From assembly GCA_020137815.1 (NCBI GenBank), contig CM035356.1:6820001-6884000 (forward strand): a stretch of DNA of 64,000 nucleotides, written 5' to 3'. The notes under the pieces are model-generated. The model made no database searches and was not told where the DNA came from. It saw only the letters and a program-made list of their open reading frames with translations. The translations under genes and the position numbers were made by a program. The DNA is from Hormiphora californensis. Taxonomy: Eukaryota; Animalia; Ctenophora. This document shows positions 1-10,122 of the stretch, piece after piece; within the stretch, counting starts at the first letter, position 1, and every line of letters begins with the position of its first letter.

Positions 1-2654
1 GTTCGGCCGCTGTTGAAGGACGACAGAGGAGAGCAAAACGGAAGAAACGCGGGGAGGCAGCAGCATCGACAGGAGATCATGTGATAGGTGGAGGAGAGGA
101 TGTGGTACGATTTGAAAGTCAGTGCAGGAGAGTGCCGAGGTTTTCTGGGATGGTGCTGGGGGTGAAATCAGAATCACTTTCGACAGAACTACTTCTCGAG
201 TGAGTATTGGACACTGCACTTTGCTGTTTGCTTAGTATAGAGTATTTTGCATTGCATGTAGGAACCGGTGATACTTGGGACCGACCCGATCACCATCCTT
301 TCCTGGCAGAGCATTGGCCTGACCCATTCTCGCGAGAACTGTGGTCAGAGCATTGGCCTGACAGATCCTTTCCCTGCTTTTTTGAATTGTAATTCCCACA
401 ATCTGTATTAATTGTTAACTCTCTCTCTTCTACTTCCCAAGAAAGGAACGGTTACAAGTTCTGTTTATCGTGGAGAAGAGTTACCTTCTTTGCTCTAGTT
501 CGACAGTGCGACGTCAGAAGAGGAAGGTGTCACTTCGTCTCCTGGATATTGTCAATGTTCTTGTTTTGTCTGGCACCAACACCCTCATTATACAGGTATA
601 ACAGCTACCTATAACCTAACATCTAGCCTAATTATGTAATGGCACTTTTTGGTGCTACAATTTTCAATTTCATTATAGATATACTGGTAGTGCCACTACT
701 AGTGGTACTCAATTCTTAATCTTATTAGTTTTATCATTGAACATGAAGCATCGTTTGAAGGATCCAAACGCAGCAGTATAGTGATGACATACTTCAATAC
801 ATGAACCTATAATACAGCTATTGCGAGAGAGAGAAAGTCAGGATTGGGAGGGGTCGTGGTGACAGGTCGAATATAACATGGCTTCTTAATCCATTGAGAT
901 TTGTCTACTTTGCATCAGACTATAATTGCTCTTTGAAAGACTCTTTCACAATGCTAACTGGGAAATTCATCAAGTTAATTTAACGTAGTAGACAATGTCT
1001 AGTTAGCACCAGAAATTTAACTGGTGCTTACTGGACAATGTCCAGTGGACATTGTCTACTAATTTGTCCAGATTGAGATGTATTCTAGACATTAGGACCT
1101 AAACTAATTAATTATTGAGAATAGAATCAGCTCCATTAGACTTAGCACATGACACACATCCCCCTTCAGTACCAGGACGTAAGGAGATCAGGACTACCTA
1201 ACTCTTCCTCCACCGGACTACTTAGCTCATCTAGGGACTCCACCCTGAAAAGTTCCTGCTCTACATCGCTCAATCTAAACACACTAGATCGACACGGTTA
1301 GTAGCTGGTCCGTAGTGAGTGGGAAGTGTGAAGTGTGAGTGGGAAGCTGGTCGGTAATGAGTGGGAAGTTGGTCGGTAGTGAGTAGGAAGCTGGGTTTAG
1401 AGTTTTAATTGTGACGTGTTGGTGTGTTCAATTGCTCATTACGGTAATTGAAGCTACTAGTTTTGATCCAAAAACTGAAAACTGTTCTCTATTTCAGATC
1501 ACGACCTGAATGAACTAGAAGTGGGCCGATTCAACAATTGTGAAACCGTTGCCATGGCAATACTTCGCCGCCGACAACACCTTCTACCCCGGAGCATCCT
1601 ACGAGGGAGCCTAAACCGGAGGGGTAGGATACAACCTGTTTTTGTCCATCCTGTCCAAATTGGGTTTGAGCTGGAGGAGGAGGAGGAGGAGGAGGACGAC
1701 GAGATGAGTTGTATTATGGAATGTGTAACTTATGTTTGAGCATGTTTCAAGGACATCAGATATCTTTTGATTTTGAAATTAGCGGACATTGCAGAGAGAG
1801 CTTATGAACTATATGTGGCACCGATCCGATCCGAGAATCCTATCAGTATCAAAATGGGGTCAGCATTGCCAGACAGTATGTTATGATACACGGCTATAAA
1901 TTCAAGGAATTGGACAATGAAAATGTAGAAAATGAGAAGAAAACTATTCAGCTGTGTGAGCTGTTTTTTGCTATTTTTTCTGAGTGTGTAATTCATTTCA
2001 TTATTTTCCATTGATATAAAAAGTTAAACAAAAACCGATTTTTGGGTTTTATAAATTTTGCAAGTTTTTCGGTATGTACATAACGACATTTATTTACAAT
2101 ATTCAACACACACGTTCCACACACCTCTCAGCACGCATATCAAAAGTAACTTCCTCTTTTTCACTGCTGACATGTGCTAGGAGAGAGGGAGGACAAACCA
2201 TGTTCGTAGGGCAAGTCTCTCACACGCACTTGCCCTATGAAGACAAATATGGAGCATCTGAGGGATTTGGGAGCTGGGTCGGAATCTCACTTACAGCGAG
2301 AGACCGGGAATGTTTGATCAGCTGGGGATTTGGAGACATGGGGCTTTTCAATTGGTGGTGGGAGTCGGGGGGAGTTACTTTGCACACCACAAAGCCTACA
2401 ACACACGAATTAGGGCCTCTAATTTAGGGGTGCAGGGAGACACACGCACAGACATGAAGAACAGGCACTTGACAAAACATCACTTTCCCAGAACTATTTC
2501 GGGGACAATTTCTGAGAATTACAGGGAGCTGGTATGGCTCACACTTGATAGCTCTAGAAAAACAAAACAATAAATCTATCACGGTACCATCTCTTTCTCA
2601 GTTCTCTCACACGATCCACTAAAAACTGGTATAGCTACGACACAGTTCTAAAAT

Positions 2655-4165
2655 CTAAGCAGTAACGAGTGGGTGAATGCTCCTGCTCTTCCACTTGGCA
2701 ACAGTAATAATTGTCGGCTCGTCTTCCTCTTCTTCGTTGCTTTGAGGCACCTCGTGAGTCACGTACTCTCCCTTCTGCTCGCAGGAGATGTGTGAAAACA
2801 CGTACTTGCCCTCGCCGTGAGGTTGGTCGTTGGCAAATCCACCTACATACCTGGAGAGAGGGGGGATCGATTAGAAATCTAGAGAGAGATAAAGAGTGGA
2901 GAAATAATCCATAATCAGTGAAGTTTGCAGAAGAGGTTTTTGAAAACTAGGGGAGCAGAATTAAGAGAAATATGAATGTAGTGAAGAGAAGCTAAAAGTG
3001 TGTAGAAAAAGAAACTCACTTATGGTTCTTGTGAATCCATTCACCACCACCCTCCCTCTTTCCGTCCTTCCAGGTTCCGATATATTGAGATCCAGTTTGG
3101 GAGTAGGTGTAGACTCCCTGTCCATGTCGAGTGTGGTTATTCCATTCTCCCTCATAGGTATCGCTATTGACATAACTGTACTTTCCGTGACCATTTCGCA
3201 GGTCATCAGCCCAGTTACCCTCGTATTTAGAGCCATCAGGATAGATGAATTCTCCCAAACCGTGCTTCTTGTTCTTCACGTAGTCACCTGACAGGGAAAT
3301 ATGGGTCAGCAATGAATTGAAGTTAGATGCGAGTATCATGCGAGTATATCAGGAGCGATTGTCAGCGCAATTCCAGATGTCCCTGGATCTTCGCGCGGCA
3401 AGAAACGCGCTGCTAACAACTTGCGCGCGCGAACTTTCTATTCTAAACGGTGAATTTTGAGTCAGTCCCCATGACAACGACTTGTTTACCATTGCGACCG
3501 TTGTGAGTGTGTTCGTGCGTGTAAAAAGTAACGATCAGTGTTATACAAGATCAACATATTCAATGTCGAAGAAAATTATTGGTAATACACCCGTGGGAAA
3601 TTCCCGGCTACGCTGCAGAGAAACATGTACCAAAAGGACCGTTGCTGAAATGCCATCGAAACGGATGTCAGCACAGCGACATCTGAATTTTTCAAAGTCG
3701 TTGTTTTTTACATCCGAGAGCAAGAGAAAGGCGCTCTTTTGGAAGTCAAATGAAAATAGTGCAGCTATTTTGACCAAAAACAATAATTCTTACCGGTATA
3801 TCGGGCCTCGTTCTTGAATCGGTAGGTTCCCTTTCCATGTCGCATACCGTGCTGGTACTCGCCCTCATAGGAATCACCATTGGGTAGGATTGCCTTTCCC
3901 TTACCATGTCTGAGAAAGAGTTAGGGATATTTAGTGAATGCAAGTTACCAAAAAGTAGTAGAAAAGTGTGAAAAAAATAATGTGTCCTCCCTGTGTTCAA
4001 CAGCTGGGAAGCAGAGTCACCCCACAAAGGGAACCACCCAACTACCACAAGAAAGGTGCCCTCCTAAAACTACACTCACCGCTCATCAGCCTCGTTTCGG
4101 TCTCCCTCGTATGTTCCCAGGTTGGTTCCCTCTTCGGGGAATTCCTCACTACCGTCGTCAGACAT
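2655..4165 (-). CDS. RSPH1: Radial spoke head protein 1 (MORN-repeat axonemal protein), 4 exons, ~221 aa
   Basis: Exons 4165-4080, 3909-3794, 3287-3020, 2850-2655 all have GT-AG boundaries and join in phase (666 nt). Translation [60 protein letters not shown]... has tandem MORN repeats (YxGxWxxxxRHGxG), an acidic N-terminus and a CEQKGEY segment typical of RSPH1. Confidence 0.9.
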
Positions 4166-4364
4166 GGTTACACTTGCTACAACGCAAAGTTATTCGTTAG
4201 AACATCAAATATATAATTGCACTATGTTAAAACATGATTTATACACACGCAAAAGGAGAGAGCTTGAAATACAGGTTTCTCTAAATCAGACAAAGGTAAG
4301 GATGGATCAGGATAACTAACGAAAAATTATCAGTCCCGATATTGGAGTTGACTCAGTAGCAAAC

Positions 4365-4377
4365 GTTGCATGGTAAC
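4365..4377. promoter_or_regulatory. Candidate RFX X-box upstream of RSPH1
   Basis: GTTGCATGGTAAC (GTTACCATGCAAC on -) lies ~200 bp upstream of the ATG of a motile-cilia gene. RFX control of ciliary genes is established. A second X-box-like site GTCCCCATGACAAC is at 3465-3478. Confidence 0.5.
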
Positions 4378-6412
4378 ACCAAGCAATCATCTCTCTCATC
4401 TGTCATGTGTATCAGATGGAAAGCGAGAGGCTCTCTCTCCCTGTCGCTCTCTCGCTCTCTCTTTCACGAGTGTATTTTGTAGGAAATGGCCGAGTTACGG
4501 GGGGGGGGGGGGGGGGGGGGGGTAAAGAGGAACTTTTAAGATGACCCTGTACCTCGCAAACAATTTCGAAATGTCTCCAAAACGATCAAACATTATTCCA
4601 GAGCAAATTTGGTCGGAAACTGAGAGATTTCATCGTTGAAACTGTCTTTGGGCAAAACATGCAAGTTGCATAAATGCGAATACGTTCTTTGGCCCCCATG
4701 TGAGACTTGATAGCTAGAGAATGTAGTCAATGGGAAACTGGAGCCTCGACAGGGAGGCTGCGGTGAAGGCTGCTTTTTGTATCAACTCTGAATCAACCTT
4801 CGGTGTAACCGAAACTAGAGCAACATTGCTATCACTGCACCGATTGCACGTCCTACTTTGCCATGTAACATGTATAAGTGGAAGCATTGGTTGAGGACAT
4901 TTCGAACCTTACCTTAGTCCTTCCCTACTAGACAATTTGATTTACACACCCTTTTATTTATTATATTTAACACCAGCTATAACATGGTCTCTGGTTTTAC
5001 TGGTTGCGGATGGTTTTTTGAAGTATTTGGGGAAAAGTAGCATGTTCTGGTTTTATTGAAAGAGTTCAGAACATTCGCCAGCAAAATCCTTCAAAGGTTT
5101 CGCGGACGGGACTCGCTAGAGGGCAGAGGCGATGCAAGGTTGTATCCAAAAAGAGGACTTTAGGGTTCGAGGTCTCTGATAAAGTTGTTACTTGTCACCT
5201 CAGTCTTGCGGAGTACAATTATATGTCAAGTAACTTGTCACCGTGTGGACTGTGGTGCGAATACCTAACATGGCTCCTGGCACACAATGGAATGACAAAT
5301 CCGTCGTGCAAACAATTTCTGTGTAGGTTCATAGCGGCGTCAGTTTATGTTCTTAGTTTATCCGCATAGATGTGTCAAAAAGTAGATTTTTGACCTATCT
5401 GACATTAAAACCATTGAAAATGACGTCTCATTGAGACGGTCTCAAGCACGTTGCATTGAAATTACTAGTAAGCCCGCTCGCCCTACGGGCGAATGTCGGG
5501 GATGGTCAATGGTCAATGGTCATACAGTAAACTAAGCAAATAGTGTAGTGTCATTTGAAATTTTTTTAAATCAGTAAATTTATCAGGTAAATTAACCACA
5601 GCGATTCCTTCGACAGAAAAACCACGGGTCCTCTTTTGCCAGGTCCTGAAGTATTTTATGAAGGAGCACATTTGCAAACGTATTACTGCCATTTCTTATT
5701 AGTGCTATTGATACTTTGTTATTACGTGTGTTGACAACATTTTTTGAATAATAATCACCTCTTTTGTAGGATTCTATCACGTAGTCTATAGGCGTCAGCG
5801 CCAGTTTGGGACATATGGCTCCTCCAAACTCGCTGGCGATTGTGTTGAAGTTGAGTAGCCATGTTCACGAAACGTGGTGAACAGGGGGTGAACAGATCAA
5901 ATCGAGCAAACGATCAATCACACAACCGGCAGAGAGATGAATCAAGGATGCACGTGCAGTTTAAGGCTCAAGCTGGCAGGTTGCCAGGGTCCCTCTAGGG
6001 ACAACACGTGCAAAAGGCCATTTCCAGGAATTTTGTGCCATATTTGGTAAAAATACCATCACCCATCATTTCCCTATTTGCTTTAATAATAGTATGATTT
6101 GCGTGTCGGATTTGTCATTCCTTTGAACTTTTCAGGGGGTTTGCTGCATTGTGTGGCATTGTGTGGCAACAACTATATAAAAGGTAAGAAACTAAGATGT
6201 TAAAATCTGGGTGCTTTGTCGCTTTGAGTGTCACTTGTCAGCACTCGCATTCGGTAGACTCCCGTCTCCCAGTGTCTGCGGACAGTGGGAGCCAGGCCTA
6301 AGTGTTGATATATGTGACCAATTTGTCTTGCCTGATTGCATATGCATAATACAGTGTACTAGGAGGGACACTACCTCACTAGACCGAAAAGACCGAAGAT
6401 AAAGAAGAAAAA

Positions 6413-7959
6413 GGCAATTTTGCATTTGCGGGCATCGCACTATAGACGCAATACCCACGTACTATAGACGCATTATAAACGCATTATAAACGCATTATAG
6501 ACGCATTATAGACACACGCAATATAGACGCAATTTCGTAAGCAGCACTATAGACGCAATATAGACGCATTATAACAGCAATATAAACGCATTTTTATAGA
6601 CGCGACGCAGTATAGCCGCATTATAGGCGCACTACCCACCCCAAAATCACCTTATAGACGCACTATAGACGCATTATAGACTGACTATAGCAGCACCATA
6701 AACGCTACATAGACCCATATAGACGCATGATAGAAGCATTATAGACGCAAATCGCTTTTTATAGACGCCGCGTCTATAAAAAACGTGCTTTTTTAAGAAG
6801 CACTATAGACGTACTCAGACGCACGCTGCCATATTTGAGGCGCAGTTGGGCGAACTATAAACGCATTTTTGTCGCATATAAAAGGAAGCAGTATAGACGC
6901 ATTATAGACGCATTATAGACGCATGTGCGCGAAATCGATAAAGACGCAATATAGACGCAATTAATAAGAAGGAGAGGGAGAGAGACTAGAGGGAGGGAGG
7001 GAGGGAGGGAGGGAGAGGGAAGGAGAGGGAAAGAGGGAGGGATACAGAGACAGATCAGACAGAGACAGATGGACACAGATCTGAGACAGACGGACAGGGT
7101 AAGATGGAGAGAGATTAAGATGGAGAGTGGAGAGAGAGAGTGATACAGAGAGGGAGATAGTAAGCGCGTGTTTGTCCGTCCGTCTGTCTCTGTCCGTTTG
7201 TTTCCATCTCTGTCTTGTTCTGTCTCACTCTTTTTATGTCTCACTCCGTCTCTATATCACTATCTTTCCATCTTACTCTCTTTCCATCTTACTCTGTCCT
7301 TCTGTCTCAGGTCTTGATCCGTCTGTTTCTGTCCCTGTACCCCTCCCTCAGTCCCTCCCTCTCCTTCCCTCTCCCTCCCTCCCTCGCCTCTCTCTCCCTC
7401 TCCTTTTTATTTTGCGTCTATATTGCGTCTTTATCGATTTCGCACACATGCGGCTATAATGCGTCTATAATGCGTCTATACTGCTTCCTTTTATATGCGA
7501 CAAAAATGCGTTTATAGTTCGCCCAACTGCGCCTCAAATATCGCACTGTAGCCTGGAGTACGTCTAAAGTGCTTCTTTAAAAAGCACGTTTTTTATAGAC
7601 GCGGCGTCTATAAAAAGCGATTTGCGTCTATAATGCTTCTATCATGCGTCTATATGGGTCTATGTAGCGTTTATGGTGCTGCTATAGTCAGTCTATAATG
7701 CGTCTATAGTGCGTCTATAAGGTGATTTTGGGGTGGGTAGTGCGCCTATAATGCGGCTATACTGCGTCGCGTCTATAAAAATGCGTTTATACTGCTGTTA
7801 TAATGCGTCTATATTGCGTCTATAGTGCTGCTTACGAAATTGCGTCTATATTGCGTGTGTCTATAATGCGTCTATAATGCGTTTATAATGCGTTTATAAT
7901 GCGTCTATAGTACGTGGGTAATGCGTCTATAGTGCGATGCCTGCAAATGCAAAATTGCC
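6413..7959. mobile_element. Foldback (MULE-type) non-autonomous DNA transposon, 9-bp TSD
   Basis: Termini GGCAATTTTGCATTTGC...GCAAATGCAAAATTGCC; long inverted arms made of ATAGACGCA subrepeats; flanked by GAAGAAAAA at 6404-6412 and 7960-7968. Confidence 0.85.
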
Positions 7960-8652
7960 GAAGAAAAATTGGACGAAAACGGAAAATTTACGAAATTTCG
8001 TCCATTTTCGCGGAATAAAATTCGTCCAAAACTGTGAAATTTTGAATCGCGATCAACGCGCGCCGCGTGGCCTTGGCACGCGCAAAACTTGAATTTACGC
8101 CGCGCCTACGCGCGCACTATTTTTAACAAAAATCAAGCTGCACAGCCGGTTTTTTTTCAACTCCCCTTTTTACGTTTTTATCTTCGGAGTTGGAATGCGC
8201 TGCAGCCCCCTCATGCGCGCACCCCCGCAACGAGGGGACTGGAGGGAATGCCGCGCGCGCGTTTGGCCTGATCCCGGCTGGGTCGAAGATAACTTTGCGG
8301 TCGAAAAAACGGCGGTGCTTATAACTTTGGCTCCTGAAGTCCGTTTGACTTGATTCTTTCACCAGTTGTTAGATCTGACGATTATCTACCTTGCTGTTTT
8401 TGAGAGAAGTTAATTGGACTTAAGAAGGCTGAGCAATAGCCGTTGAAAGATGGGTTGTTTTCAAAAAGTGACGTCACAGATTCTTGCAGGGACACCTTTT
8501 TTAAAATTTCATTCAAATTTTGATTTTACCGCACTCGATTTTGCGGAGTTTGGTTCATATCTCCTGTTTCAAACTTTTCAACACTACTTTAAACAAATTA
8601 ATTTGAGCGCGCGCCCGTGCGTTTCAAATCTTCCTATCTAGGGTCTAGCCCT

Positions 8653-10122
8653 ATGTCAAAGATGGTTAATGAATCAAATGAAACTTCTGATGTCGATGTC
8701 GATGGTAGCATCCTTGCCGTTGCAGCTCTTATCAACCAGGCTGACTCACTTACGAGGAAGGTGTTATCGGCATACCGTCACGATGTCCACTACAACAAAA
8801 ACCTAGAAGTGTTTCGAGCTTTTAACTGCGAACACCTCGAAGCTGCCGGAAGATTTTTTGGTGCTTCTCCCGGGTCAAATGCTGAAAAAACAAAACGGTA
8901 CCAAAATCGCACCACGCTATCGGACTACCTTATCATGCAGCTCGAAAGCCACTTTCCCTGTAGATGCAAGGGGTGTAACGAAATGTACGCCTTTAAGCTC
9001 GGCGAATCTCCTTCTATTCGCTGCTACCTTTGTGGCCAAGGAGCCCACGTATGTGATGCGATGGCAGGGTCTCCTGGATCTATTCCTGGCTCCCACTGGA
9101 TATGTTCACCTTGTGAGAAGAAAAATGGGATAACCGAAACCTTTACCGGTGACATTAACCCAGATAACCCAAACCTGTCTGATTCGGAATTCCAACTCAA
9201 GATCAGTCCCAAAGTAGGCAGAAGTGGGATGAAGAAAAAGAAGAAGACCAAGGTGAACAAAAAAGAGATCAAAAATTCTCAAACCTCCCAAGTCGGTGAA
9301 TCCCAGGCCAACATCGACAGTTCTCAAAGCCAACAAAATGATCCCGACATGACAACTCCAGTCGGTGGTTTAACTGTTCTAGACACCAAGATCATCCCCG
9401 AGTTGAGTTCGGAGGAGGAAAGCACAGACGAGGATCAGGATGATAAGAAACCCAAACTTCCTATCAAATCCAAATCCAAGTTCAAAAATGTCTGTGAACG
9501 CCACTTACTAAGGGACTGCCCGCACGGTACCCGAGGTGACAAGTTGGTTAATGGTAAAACCTGCAAGAAAGAACACCCTCCAATGTGTCTTAGGTTTAGC
9601 CAATACGGGACGACTAGGAATCACGGTTGTAACAAAGGGAACAACTGCTCCTATCTCCATCCTCCACTCTGCAAAGAGTCTGAGATTGCCCGGGTCTGTA
9701 CGAACAGAGACTGCAAGAGGACTCATCTTAAGTTCACCCGCAGAAAAGAGGAAAGGACGCCCCGCCCTAATGCCAAGAAACCCAATAACGATGCCAGAAA
9801 ACCCCAATCTGGTGACAGGAAATCTCAGTCTGGCTCACAAAGTCGTCCCCAAAACACAGGTGACAAATCTGCTCCTCCTGCCGTCGAAAAACGCCAAAAT
9901 ACGCAGCAGGATTTTCTGATGAACCTGATGGAAACTGTACGGGACGACATACTACGGGAGGTAAAACTGTCCCTGGACTCAATGAGACAGGAATTCCAGG
10001 GCTACACTCCACCACGGCCCCAATATCTTCCCCTCAGCCAGCCCTGTGCAACAACTCCAATGCTATTCCCAGGAGCACTGGAAAGATTTCGAAATTACTC
10101 AGTATCAACGCCCGTAGTTTAA
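8653..10122 (+). CDS. LINE ORF1 with PHD-like finger and tandem CCCH-type zinc fingers
   Basis: CRCKGC...CYLCGQGAHVC...WICSPC (PHD-like) and CERHLLRDCPHG...CKKEHPPMC...CNKGNNCSYLHPPLC...CTNRDCKRTH; first ATG at 8653. Confidence 0.8.
   Translation: MSKMVNESNETSDVDVDGSILAVAALINQADSLTRKVLSAYRHDVHYNKNLEVFRAFNCEHLEAAGRFFGASPGSNAEKTKRYQNRTTLSDYLIMQLESHFPCRCKGCNEMYAFKLGESPSIRCYLCGQGAHVCDAMAGSPGSIPGSHWICSPCEKKNGITETFTGDINPDNPNLSDSEFQLKISPKVGRSGMKKKKKTKVNKKEIKNSQTSQVGESQANIDSSQSQQNDPDMTTPVGGLTVLDTKIIPELSSEEESTDEDQDDKKPKLPIKSKSKFKNVCERHLLRDCPHGTRGDKLVNGKTCKKEHPPMCLRFSQYGTTRNHGCNKGNNCSYLHPPLCKESEIARVCTNRDCKRTHLKFTRRKEERTPRPNAKKPNNDARKPQSGDRKSQSGSQSRPQNTGDKSAPPAVEKRQNTQQDFLMNLMETVRDDILREVKLSLDSMRQEFQGYTPPRPQYLPLSQPCATTPMLFPGALERFRNYSVSTPVV

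Noticed and set aside
1-1739. Possible 3' exons of a + strand gene (donor-like GTGAGT at ~200, acceptor at ~1497, poly-Glu ORF)
   Set aside because: The phases do not join cleanly and there is no recognisable domain.
4540-5900. Possible decayed transposase-like coding remnant on the - strand (CKSNC, CNRC fragments)
   Set aside because: Many stops and frameshifts; a family cannot be assigned without a translated search.
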